Positions 9,763 through 17,462 of a stretch of DNA of 31,872 bases are shown here, piece by piece (position 1 is the first letter of the stretch; each line of letters starts with the position of its first letter). The position numbers and the translations under genes are program-made. The stretch is from a virus (lineage: Duplodnaviria > Heunggongvirae > Uroviricota > Caudoviricetes). The stretch lies in IMG/VR virus record IMGVR_UViG_3300045988_180666; one strand, given 5' to 3'. A model generated the notes under the pieces. That model was not told where the DNA came from and made no database searches. It saw nothing but the letters and a program-made list of their open reading frames with translations.

Positions 9763-11113
9763 CCTTGTTCTCGTCGAGGGTGGTGAGCATGATGAGCGGC
9801 ACGTCTGGATAGACCTTCTGCTCCCAGTGGTTGAAGTAGATGACCACCCAGTGAACGGTCTCCATGAGGTCGTGGAACGCCTTCTCTATCGACTGCTTGA
9901 GGGTGAAGAGCTCTCGCTTGTCTGAGCCAGAGTTGTTGGTTTGGCTCTTGCCCGGTGTGGCGCCCACGAGATTAGGGTGGATGTTGTCGGCATAACACTG
10001 CATGTTGTTGCTCTCGGCGATGTCGTCGCTGTAGTCACCGCCATCCTTTGAGGTGTCGATGCGCGTGATGCGCACCATCTTTACCTCTTTGCCATCAGGT
10101 GTGGTGTAATAGCCCGCTATCCAGAGCTTGCCGCTATTCTCGATGCCTGAGATGAAGGAGCGGATTTTTTCTTTCTCCTTCAGCTTGCGCTCCTTTTGCT
10201 TTGCCTTGTCGGTGATGTGCTCCTCTTGGAAGATGCCACGCCAATAGTCGTTGTGTATCTCTACGAGGTAAGGGATGGCAGCGTGGTTTTTGAGCTTTGC
10301 CATCTTGCCGATGGCGATGAGCCGGGAGATGTCGTACCACTTGTCTCGGAAGATGGCGCTGTAGTAGGGCACGGGGTAGTATTGACTGCCAGGAGTAGGG
10401 AAGCGAGTCACGATGGCGAAGACTCTGTCTTTGCACTTTGCTCCACCCGTCTGTCTGGTCAGGGTCTGTCCGCTTTGACCGTCGAGCCCCATGCGCTGCT
10501 GTAGGTCGCCCAGTGGGTCTAGCTCGTCGAGGAGTGGCAGCACCTCGATGTTGTCGGGTTTGACGGCATTGCGCCAGTTGGTATAGAGCACGTATTCGGA
10601 GCGACCGTTTTTGCTCTGGGTGAACCGACAGTAGCACGCCTCTTTGTGCCGGATGCCCACGATGCGATCGCCCTTTTTGTTGAGGATGATGGCTGAGACA
10701 CAAAAGAAGAAGTACTTCATGTCTGTGATTTGCTCGAGGAAGAAGCGCGAGAGGTTGTTGTGCATCTTGAAGAGGTTGACCTCTTTGTCTTGTGTCGGAA
10801 GCTTTGTCTTGATGTCGTTGTACTGGAAGCCCATGCCGTAGCAGGTGAGCACGTTGAAGAGCTTGTTTTGCGCCATCACGCTGCTCTCGCCGATGTTTTT
10901 GATGAGCTGGTAGGGCAGCTTGTTGTCTGCCCCGAAGGGGATGTAGGTGTATCTTTGCTTGTCCACCTCTACGGAGACGGTGGGTGTGGTACCATCATCA
11001 TCGAAGATGGATGAGGACTCGACGAAGCCGCTGGTGGGCGACGAGGTCTGGTAATCGAGCACCTCGCCCATGGTGGCGTATGTGATGTCTATGTTATTGC
11101 TTTTGTCTGCCAT
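9707..11113 (-). CDS. Hypothetical large virion protein (about 468 aa); portal is a possibility by size only
   Basis: Track ORF 9707..11284. Its first 57 codons (Pro/His/Arg-rich) overlap the upstream 86-aa gene and look non-coding; ATG at 11113 (MADKSNNIDITY...) taken as start. Portal suggestion is size-based only. Confidence 0.55.
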   Translation of the reverse strand: MADKSNNIDITYATMGEVLDYQTSSPTSGFVESSSIFDDDGTTPTVSVEVDKQRYTYIPFGADNKLPYQLIKNIGESSVMAQNKLFNVLTCYGMGFQYNDIKTKLPTQDKEVNLFKMHNNLSRFFLEQITDMKYFFFCVSAIILNKKGDRIVGIRHKEACYCRFTQSKNGRSEYVLYTNWRNAVKPDNIEVLPLLDELDPLGDLQQRMGLDGQSGQTLTRQTGGAKCKDRVFAIVTRFPTPGSQYYPVPYYSAIFRDKWYDISRLIAIGKMAKLKNHAAIPYLVEIHNDYWRGIFQEEHITDKAKQKERKLKEKEKIRSFISGIENSGKLWIAGYYTTPDGKEVKMVRITRIDTSKDGGDYSDDIAESNNMQCYADNIHPNLVGATPGKSQTNNSGSDKRELFTLKQSIEKAFHDLMETVHWVVIYFNHWEQKVYPDVPLIMLTTLDENKDAKQVSNNQKSKQQDDTD

Positions 11114-11118
11114 AATCT

Positions 11119-11379
11119 TTATAAGTATATTGAATGGTCGTTGTATCTGAAGATGAAAATGTCTCTCACCTTGCGTATCTGGTGGTTGACTGGGTTGTAG
11201 AGGGTGTGGGTGCCGTTTTGCCAGGATGAGGACTTGACGAGCCATCCCCTGTACTGGATGATGGAACCATCGCCGCCCTTCCAACAGTCGATGTCAACGG
11301 GCGAGCGGTCGATGCGCGAGATGTCGAGGGCACGGCGCAGCTCGTTGATGTGTATTGCCTTGGGTGTCTTGTCTGCCAT
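11119..11379 (-). CDS. Hypothetical small phage protein
   Basis: ORF track, 86 aa. ATG at 11379; stop 5 nt before next gene. Confidence 0.5.
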   Translation of the reverse strand: MADKTPKAIHINELRRALDISRIDRSPVDIDCWKGGDGSIIQYRGWLVKSSSWQNGTHTLYNPVNHQIRKVRDIFIFRYNDHSIYL

Positions 11380-11396
11380 ATATCTGAAGATGTTTT

Positions 11397-12458
11397 TTAG
11401 TTGAACGTATCGTCGAAGGAGTCGTCGAAGATGCGACCGCCCGTATTGTCGATGTTTTTGAACACGACATTCTGGACTCGCTGGGCATATTGGTAGCTGA
11501 AGGTGAACTCAGCCATGTCATCCAGCTCGTTGGTGCGCTCGCTCTTGGAGTCGGTGAAGGTAATCTCTTTGTCCTGTGTGTAGTCACGGAACAGATAGAT
11601 CTCATCGGAGCGCAGCAGGTCTTCGGCGAAGTGTGCCATGGACGGAGGAATAACACCTGTGTCGCCCTCGAAGGTGCGGGTCTCTTTGACGGAGTAGTTG
11701 ATCTTTTTGCCGCTGATGACGGCGCTCTTGCGCTCGAAGGTAGGTGCAATCTTCTTTTTGCCTAGGCAATAGAAGATCTCTTGGCACCCGAAGGAGTTGG
11801 TGAAGAGGAGCACCGGGTCGGCGACCGCCTCGGTATGGTCTATCTGGAAGTCTTGCACTCGCTTGCCCACGGTGACGGTGTAGGCGAAGAGGTCGCCACG
11901 GTCGGCATCGTAGTAACGGTCGGGCGAGACATCGAAGGTGGTGATGTTATTCACCGTATGGGTAGGGGTGGCATCGGCGGCGATATTGCCCTCCACGACC
12001 TTGCCGTCTTTGTAATATCGGGCTGTGACGGCGGCAGTGGTTCTGTCGGCACCTGCGGCATGGAGATATTCACGGTGTCCGAGCTGTGTGAGCTTGGCAC
12101 CATCGAGGAGGGTGAGGAAGTATTGGTCGAGGAACGACTGGCACGACATGTTGATGTCAACGGTGGCGTAGTAGGCGGTGAACTCGCACGACCAGTTGGC
12201 GACATCGCTCTCGCCATTGTGCTCGACAATCTTGATGGCGCACTTGGCGACCACGGTCGTGCGCACGGCATCGGAGATGAGCGTGCCGAGGTCGTAGATG
12301 GTGATGGTGCCAGCCACTGGGTAGTAAGTCTCGCTGAGCAGCTCTTCGCCCTCGCAGGTGATGGTAACGGTAGCGCGCTCGCCACCTATCTTGAAGGAGA
12401 AGGAGTCGAGCGCACTGGTGAACAATGGCGAAGATGGTTGGTTGGTAACTGTAATCAT
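11397..12458 (-). CDS. Hypothetical phage structural protein
   Basis: ORF track, 353 aa. ATG at 12458 is about 22 nt downstream of TGCAAAGATA motif (12480-12489). Confidence 0.6.
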   Translation of the reverse strand: MITVTNQPSSPLFTSALDSFSFKIGGERATVTITCEGEELLSETYYPVAGTITIYDLGTLISDAVRTTVVAKCAIKIVEHNGESDVANWSCEFTAYYATVDINMSCQSFLDQYFLTLLDGAKLTQLGHREYLHAAGADRTTAAVTARYYKDGKVVEGNIAADATPTHTVNNITTFDVSPDRYYDADRGDLFAYTVTVGKRVQDFQIDHTEAVADPVLLFTNSFGCQEIFYCLGKKKIAPTFERKSAVISGKKINYSVKETRTFEGDTGVIPPSMAHFAEDLLRSDEIYLFRDYTQDKEITFTDSKSERTNELDDMAEFTFSYQYAQRVQNVVFKNIDNTGGRIFDDSFDDTFN

Positions 12459-12479
12459 ATCAATGTCTCATTAAAACGA

Positions 12480-12489
12480 TGCAAAGATA
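12480..12489 (-). promoter_or_regulatory. Promoter -7 element for the 353-aa gene operon
   Basis: TGCAAAGATA about 22 nt from ATG at 12458; preceded (on minus strand) by hairpin + T-run. Confidence 0.55.
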
Positions 12490-12501
12490 GGAAGGAAGGG
12501 G

Positions 12502-12584
12502 AGAAAATAAAAATACCTGATTGTCATCACGACAACCAGGTATCGACTCATGGAGCGGACCACGCCTTGTTAAGCCTAAGGCTC
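12502..12584 (-). terminator. Tandem hairpins with T-run between the 103-aa gene and the 353-aa gene promoter
   Basis: Hairpin ATGGAGC (12549-12555) / GCTCCAT (12578-12584). Imperfect 12 bp inverted repeat TACCTGATTGTC (12514-12525) / GACAACCAGGTA (12531-12542) followed on minus strand by TTTTTATTTTCT. Confidence 0.45.
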
Positions 12585-12635
12585 CATTCCGAGACTGTTT
12601 TATGTTGTAAATGAAAAAAAATGTGCTTGTCTTGC

Positions 12636-12947
12636 TTACTCTTCGGGCTGTGCGCAGTTGATTATCCAGACGAGTCTGCCACCCTCGACAGACTTCATCT
12701 TGAAGCCGTGCTCGACCATGTACTCGGTGATGACGGGGATGGGAGCGACGACCATGCCGCTGATGGCCTCTTGTATATCTTTGGAGGATAGGAAGTCAAC
12801 GCATTGGCTGTATGGGTCATCGCCCGGTGTGTCGCCCTCGAAGTAAGCGTCGAGCGCCATGCGCACATAGTCGATCTTGCTCTCTTGCTCTGACTGTTGC
12901 TGCTCGTCGCTGTTAGCACTGAAGCCCATCACACGCATACGTTTCAT
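12636..12947 (-). CDS. Hypothetical small acidic phage protein
   Basis: ORF track, 103 aa. 4 nt overlap with upstream gene. Followed by tandem hairpins and a T-run. Confidence 0.5.
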   Translation of the reverse strand: MKRMRVMGFSANSDEQQQSEQESKIDYVRMALDAYFEGDTPGDDPYSQCVDFLSSKDIQEAISGMVVAPIPVITEYMVEHGFKMKSVEGGRLVWIINCAQPEE

Positions 12948-13213
12948 GCCTCACCTCCTTTCGTCTCCAGTGCTATGTTGATGGTCTTGAAGAGCTTGCT
13001 CATGTGGTCGAAGTTGTTGAGCATGAGTAGCACTTTGTCGGCACCGCCGAGGTCTTCGACACAGTTGGTCACCACCTCGTCTGAGATAAGCACCTTTTTG
13101 ACTTGCTCTAGGTACTCGATGAAGTAGCTGAGCTGGTTGACATCCATCATTTCTACGAGCGCATTCCAGACCTCTGCTGTCATGTGCATATTTGTTGCGT
13201 TGTTTGTGTTCAT
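12944..13213 (-). CDS. Hypothetical small phage protein
   Basis: ORF track, 89 aa. Overlaps upstream and downstream genes by 4 nt each. Confidence 0.5.
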   Translation of the reverse strand: MNTNNATNMHMTAEVWNALVEMMDVNQLSYFIEYLEQVKKVLISDEVVTNCVEDLGGADKVLLMLNNFDHMSKLFKTINIALETKGGEA

Positions 13214-13575
13214 GCTACGACTCCTCCCATCAGATAACCACCAAAGAAAACCACTGCCATGAAGGCTGCGAAGCCTAGTGTGGCCTTGACCACCTCGCCG
13301 TAGGTCACGCTCTCGTCGCAGAGTGCGGTGAAGGTCTCGCTCTCGGTCTTGGCGAGCTTCTTGATTTCACACTTGAGGGTATTGATACCCTCCTCTACGC
13401 TGATGCCTGCAGGTCTCACCTGCGCATCACTAATTAAAATTGAATTCTGCATAATTGCCATCTTATAACCATTATAGACCGACCTTGATGTATAAATACA
13501 ATGGTGGCGGTCACATTCACCGTTGGTTATAAGATGGTAGCTTTCCCAGCGAAGGGCAAGTATCTTACGGATCAT
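13210..13575 (-). CDS. Small membrane protein with single C-terminal transmembrane helix; holin/spanin-like candidate
   Basis: ORF track, 121 aa. Extreme C-terminus ATLGFAAFMAVVFFGGYLMGGVVA is one hydrophobic helix. Internal ATG at about 13461 is an alternative start. Function inferred from topology only. Confidence 0.45.
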   Translation of the reverse strand: MIRKILALRWESYHLITNGECDRHHCIYTSRSVYNGYKMAIMQNSILISDAQVRPAGISVEEGINTLKCEIKKLAKTESETFTALCDESVTYGEVVKATLGFAAFMAVVFFGGYLMGGVVA

Positions 13576-13814
13576 GCAACCGCCATATTGAAAAGACCTT
13601 TTTCCCGCTGCCGGGAAAATGATACTTTATAGGCATAAAAAAAGCCCACGGCGTGAAGCCTAGGCGAAACAGTCGCCATCGCTGAGTAGATTACTACTAT
13701 CTTATAACCGATGGCAAAAGTACGAAGAATAATTGGAACCGCCAAAAAAAAAGCGAGAAATTTTGAAATAAATGACTTTTTTATGTTTTAGAGCATAAAA
13801 CAAGGGGGTGAGGA

Positions 13815-13848
13815 ACGAAAAAGCCCCGGATGCTCACGCACCCGAGGC
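13815..13848 (-). terminator. Terminator after lower-GC three-gene cassette
   Basis: Stem GCCCCGG (13823-13829) / CCGAGGC (13842-13848) with one wobble; plus-strand A-run 13816-13822 gives T-run on minus strand; begins 7 nt after the stop at 13855. Confidence 0.5.
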
Positions 13849-13854
13849 TGACAG

Positions 13855-14247
13855 TTATTTTTGGAAATAAACTTTTAAAGGGATTGAATTCTCCACATTG
13901 CCAATTTTGAAAGAGAACTGATAGTTGCCCTCTGCAGGGAACTGGAGGTCGGAGAACTCAAAGATGAAGTTGCTGAAGAGAAACTCATCTGAAGGGTGTG
14001 GCTCAATCTTGGAATTGATGGGCTGGCCAAGAATCATCTTGCCAGTGCTCATCTCTGTAACCTCTGCCGAGAACTCTTGCTGAAGTTTGCTTTCCTCGCT
14101 GTTCATCTTAACTCTCGCTACCATGAAGAGGTTGCTCTTAGGCAGCGGTGCTTTTCTTACCACATAGTGGTCAAAAGTGCCCACGATGGTAAGTTTGCCG
14201 TCATTATCTTGTGCAAAGTCACACAATGCAAGAATATCTATGTTCAT
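13855..14247 (-). CDS. Hypothetical protein, gene 3 of lower-GC three-gene cassette
   Basis: ORF track, 130 aa. GC visibly lower than flanking structural genes. Stop directly followed by hairpin + T-run (13815-13848). Confidence 0.55.
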   Translation of the reverse strand: MNIDILALCDFAQDNDGKLTIVGTFDHYVVRKAPLPKSNLFMVARVKMNSEESKLQQEFSAEVTEMSTGKMILGQPINSKIEPHPSDEFLFSNFIFEFSDLQFPAEGNYQFSFKIGNVENSIPLKVYFQK

Positions 14248-14684
14248 TTTATATGTCCTTTAATGTTAGACTCGATAGCCGAGTGTTTGAAAAGTTTTTT
14301 ATAATTGTCGAATGAATATTTGAGTTTGCTCACCGTGCGCTTGTTTGTGCTCACTAGGTTGGCTCCATGTCTGCCAGAGATGCCTTCCTTGGTATTGAAC
14401 TTCAGAGAATTTCTTTTGGAGTCAACCCAAAGCCTGATGGCATCGCCTTGTATCTTGTCACCCACATTGCCATGGACGTTGAGATCTTCTCGTATTTTCT
14501 TGTCCTCTTCGTTGAGCTCAAGAGCTTCGGTGATTTCTACGGAACTATTTCGGTCTAGTTCGTATAATGTCATCTTTTTGCCCGTGATAGGTTCCTCTTT
14601 GAGTCCCTTCCACTCAGCCCTTCTGGCAATGACATCAGCTTTTTTGCCCTCTATGATTTCACCTTCTTTGATATATATAGCCAT
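14244..14684 (-). CDS. Hypothetical protein, gene 2 of lower-GC cassette
   Basis: ORF track, 146 aa. Lys-rich. 4 nt overlap with gene 3. Confidence 0.55.
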   Translation of the reverse strand: MAIYIKEGEIIEGKKADVIARRAEWKGLKEEPITGKKMTLYELDRNSSVEITEALELNEEDKKIREDLNVHGNVGDKIQGDAIRLWVDSKRNSLKFNTKEGISGRHGANLVSTNKRTVSKLKYSFDNYKKLFKHSAIESNIKGHIK

Positions 14685-15112
14685 TATTGGATACTTTTTT
14701 GCATTGATTTTTCACTGAAAGAGAATACCTCAGCCATATCATCAGGCGAGGTGATGCTCATGAGCGATGGGCTGACCTCAAGAGCCACCTCAATGTCTTC
14801 AATGGAAGCATCTTTATCTTGTTTGATGATGTACTTATCCTCATGCTCTTCAATCTCTTTATCAAACTCTTCTTCGGTAATATTGCCGTCAAGCATTTCG
14901 CAATATAGTTTGAAGTAGTTGCGCTCACGTGTGCGGTTGTTAACGGCACGAGTCATCAACTCCTTGAGTCTGTCGGCAGTACTGATGTTGAAAAAGTTAG
15001 CCTTATTGGTAACACCAGCGAATGCAACCTTGCCAGTACCTTTGTCTTGTATAGCCACAACAGGGCTGCCATCAGTTTGGTATGTTGTATATATAGTCGT
15101 TGTATTGCTCAT
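14684..15112 (-). CDS. Hypothetical protein, gene 1 of lower-GC cassette
   Basis: ORF track, 142 aa. ATG at 15112 is about 29 nt downstream of TGCAAAGATA motif (15141-15150). Acidic C-terminal half. Confidence 0.55.
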   Translation of the reverse strand: MSNTTTIYTTYQTDGSPVVAIQDKGTGKVAFAGVTNKANFFNISTADRLKELMTRAVNNRTRERNYFKLYCEMLDGNITEEEFDKEIEEHEDKYIIKQDKDASIEDIEVALEVSPSLMSITSPDDMAEVFSFSEKSMQKSIQ

Positions 15113-15140
15113 AATTCACATCCTGTTTATATTAACACGG

Positions 15141-15150
15141 TGCAAAGATA
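15141..15150 (-). promoter_or_regulatory. Promoter -7 element for the lower-GC three-gene cassette
   Basis: TGCAAAGATA about 29 nt from ATG at 15112; lies downstream of the radC terminator. Confidence 0.55.
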
Positions 15151-15266
15151 CGGATATTTTTTGTAAATCGCAAATTTAATGATAAATTTAACAACAAAAA
15201 TTGCAATAAAGATTGGAAAATGGTATATAAAAAATGCTCGACCGCTTTTTGGCTCTTGCCAGACGC

Positions 15267-15291
15267 TTTCGCCGCAGGCGAAAATTTTTGG
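15267..15291 (+). terminator. Possible plus-strand terminator hairpin adjacent to the radC terminator
   Basis: Stem TTTCGCC (15267-15273) / GGCGAAA (15277-15283), loop GCA, then ATTTTTGG on plus strand. No plus-strand gene ends here, so function unclear. Confidence 0.3.
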
Positions 15292-15320
15292 AAAATGAGG
15301 GGGAAGGTTTTAGCCTTCCC
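15283..15320 (-). terminator. Rho-independent terminator after radC
   Basis: Stem GGGGAAGG (15299-15306) / CCTTCCCC (15313-15320), loop TTTTAG; minus strand continues TCATTTTCCAAAAATT. Confidence 0.6.
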
Positions 15321-15323
15321 CTT

Positions 15324-15338
15324 ACCTTATTATATATA
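15324..15338 (-). repeat. Copy c (15 nt, inverted) of the AT-rich repeat
   Basis: Plus strand ACCTTATTATATATA = reverse complement of TATATATAATAAGGT; between radC stop and its terminator. Confidence 0.65.
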
Positions 15339-15340
15339 TA

Positions 15341-16024
15341 TTATAGCTTTCCTTTGTCGTGGTAGCTGTAGAAGCCATCCTCAGCCAAGATGATATGGTC
15401 CATCAAGAAAAGTCTCATCACCTCGCACGCCTTGGCTATCTTCTGCGTGAGCATATCGTCCGCCTTGCTCGGCTGCGTGCTGTTCGATGGGTGGTTGTGT
15501 GCCACGGCGATGATGGTTGCATTGTTGAGCACGGCTTCTTTCATTATCAGTCGAACGTCCACCGCTGTCTCGGTGATGCCTCCCTCGCTGAGCTTGGTGC
15601 ACTTTATCAGCCTAAAGTTTTGGTTCATCAGCACTACCCAAAAGCCCTCTGTCTCATTGCAGCCTATCATTGGGCGAAGATAGTTGTAGAGTGCCAGGCT
15701 GCTGCCTAGGTCGGTGTTTCTCGCTACCTTTTCCATTTGGTAGCGTCTGCCTAGCTCGATGGCTGCCTGTAGGGCTATCGCCTTGCAGTCTCCAATTCCT
15801 GGTACCACTTCCAGGTCTTCTATTCTCGCCTTGCCGATGTTGCGAAGCGAGTTGCCCATGATGTTATAAATCTGTCGTGCCTGCTCTTGGCTGTCCTTGG
15901 TACCTGCCCCTCTGTTGATTACCAAAGAAATCAAGTCAACGTTGGTAAGGGTGTCGAAACCTTGGTTATAGGCTCTGTACTGCGGTCTCTCCTCCATACA
16001 AAGATTGTTATAATTTTGTCTCAT
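15341..16024 (-). CDS. radC: RadC-like JAB/MPN-domain protein (UPF0758 family)
   Basis: 227 aa. N-terminal helix-hairpin-helix-like VVPGIGDCKAIALQAAIELG. C-terminal AVAHNHPSNSTQPSKADD matches the JAMM motif HxHx7Sx2D typical of RadC family. Confidence 0.8.
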   Translation of the reverse strand: MRQNYNNLCMEERPQYRAYNQGFDTLTNVDLISLVINRGAGTKDSQEQARQIYNIMGNSLRNIGKARIEDLEVVPGIGDCKAIALQAAIELGRRYQMEKVARNTDLGSSLALYNYLRPMIGCNETEGFWVVLMNQNFRLIKCTKLSEGGITETAVDVRLIMKEAVLNNATIIAVAHNHPSNSTQPSKADDMLTQKIAKACEVMRLFLMDHIILAEDGFYSYHDKGKL

Positions 16025-16039
16025 ATCTTTTGTTATTTG

Positions 16040-16564
16040 TTAGTTATACATTCTCTTTGTTCTCGCTAGGAACATCGCTCCCATCACTTGTGCGCCACAT
16101 TCGGCTAGCTCGTTGGCGAACTCTCGGGCGGTCGCTCCGCTCGTCACCACGTCGTCGAAGATGATGACTTTCTTTCCGCTGAAGTACTCTCTATCGAGTG
16201 CCACTCTGTAGTCGAAGCTCTCACACACTCTGTCTGTGCTGAAGTGCTTGGCTGTGCGCTCTCCATAGATGGAAATGTGCTCGTTTCCGTTCTGTACCTT
16301 TGCGCCTTGGCTCACCTTTTGGGCGAAGCGAGAAAAGCGCTTGGTGTACTTCTTTGAGTTGGCTGCTGGAGCGCAAACCATCACGAAGTCGCTGGCTTTG
16401 TCGCCATAGGTGTTGACGAAAGAGCTGACCACCATATCGGCAGCTGCGTCTGTCGCCCACTGCTTTCCATCCTTGAAGGCAAAGATGAAGTTTCTCACTT
16501 GCTCTGCTTGTGCTGAGCGGTCGAAACGCTTGGAGCTGTACTCGTAATAATTGAAAGTTTTCAT
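16040..16564 (-). CDS. Phosphoribosyltransferase (PRTase) domain protein, ComF-like
   Basis: 174 aa. KKVIIFDDVVTSGATAREFANELAECGA matches the PRPP-binding loop of type I PRTases. No N-terminal zinc-ribbon. 15 nt upstream of radC. Confidence 0.7.
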   Translation of the reverse strand: MKTFNYYEYSSKRFDRSAQAEQVRNFIFAFKDGKQWATDAAADMVVSSFVNTYGDKASDFVMVCAPAANSKKYTKRFSRFAQKVSQGAKVQNGNEHISIYGERTAKHFSTDRVCESFDYRVALDREYFSGKKVIIFDDVVTSGATAREFANELAECGAQVMGAMFLARTKRMYN

Positions 16565-17360
16565 ACGCTTAAAATTTTTATTCTAGCCAGAGGGAGGAAG
16601 GAGCTTTTTTATTTGAACTCGTCTTTGCCTGCCCGTCTGAGAGTTTTTTTTATTCTGTCCGTCGGTCGTTTTTGTCGCTTTTTACGGTGCGATGCAGACG
16701 AGCGGAGAAGAGGTATGAAAGCCAAGGAATTTTGCAAAAAGTTTATGGAAAACCGTCATCTCTGATTGCGGAAGGCTGCCGAAAAGTTTTTGGAAAATAG
16801 ATTTATCGGTACTTGGTGCATGCCGTCCGCCGTACCTTTGCACCCGAAAAAGAGATAATGACCGATGGATAACCGATAAAGGGAAAAGCTCTCGGACAGG
16901 AAAAGCGGGCAAAGAAAAGGCTCTGCCTTACCTTGGTGGTTAAGCCTTAGCGACGTTTGAGCGCCATCACGGTCACCACCGCTTGAAAATTCGCAAATTT
17001 TAACCCTAGCGTATGAAATGAAAGATGGAAAATTTGCGTCATCAAAAACACCATGTTTTTCAGACTTCAGGAGGAAAAACATACCTTGGAGCGATGAAAT
17101 CGCAGCATTTGGCATGCTTCGACCCCGAGGTTGAAGATGCCGAATGTGTCGTTTTGCGACAGGTTTTCCACACCCACGGATTGGAAAACCCCGATTTTAT
17201 CGTGGTTTTAGGGATTCAAAGGGAAAATAATTCCCCTTTGTCGGCGATAGCACCCCCCACCGCCCTACGCCCGAGCGCGCCTTCCGCCCCCTTGGAAAAG
17301 ACGGAATATGTAAAAGACCGTTAACGTTTTTGTAGGAATGTAAAAAGCCAAAAGGCACGA

Positions 17361-17394
17361 AAAAAGGGAACACGCTTCGCAGCGCACTCCCCTT
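17361..17394 (-). terminator. Putative terminator after terL
   Basis: Minus strand GGGAGTGCGC-TGCGAA-GCGTGTTCCC (10 bp stem incl. 3 G-U pairs) followed by TTTTTTCG. Confidence 0.45.
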
Positions 17395-17462
17395 ATCGGC
17401 GGTCAAGCAAGAATGCCAGCCACCTAACTTATATAAGAATCGTACTATCTAAAGAAATCAAA

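Noticed and set aside
11114-11284. N-terminal 57 codons of track ORF 9707..11284
   Set aside because: Pro/His/Arg-rich translation overlapping the upstream 86-aa gene in another frame; appears to derive from a non-ATG start in the track. ATG at 11113 preferred.
11781-12614. 277-aa plus-strand ORF, and similar long plus-strand ORFs (e.g. 2305..2853, 6596..7147, 18396..19124, 23508..24089, 27464..28039)
   Set aside because: All lie antisense to longer, better-formed minus-strand genes and have Gly/Val/Ala/Arg/Leu-rich composition typical of shadow ORFs on the opposite strand of GC-rich coding DNA; no promoter motifs in the right orientation.
16756-17115. 119-aa minus-strand ORF within the ORF-poor region
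   Set aside because: Translation is Phe/Ser/Leu-rich with no recognisable motif, lacks a promoter motif or start context, and overlaps other small ORFs; treated as chance ORF.
16565-17462. Retron or DGR interpretation of the non-coding region next to the PRTase gene
   Set aside because: No reverse-transcriptase ORF (no YxDD-containing protein) exists anywhere in the window, so an msr/msd or template-repeat assignment is unsupported.
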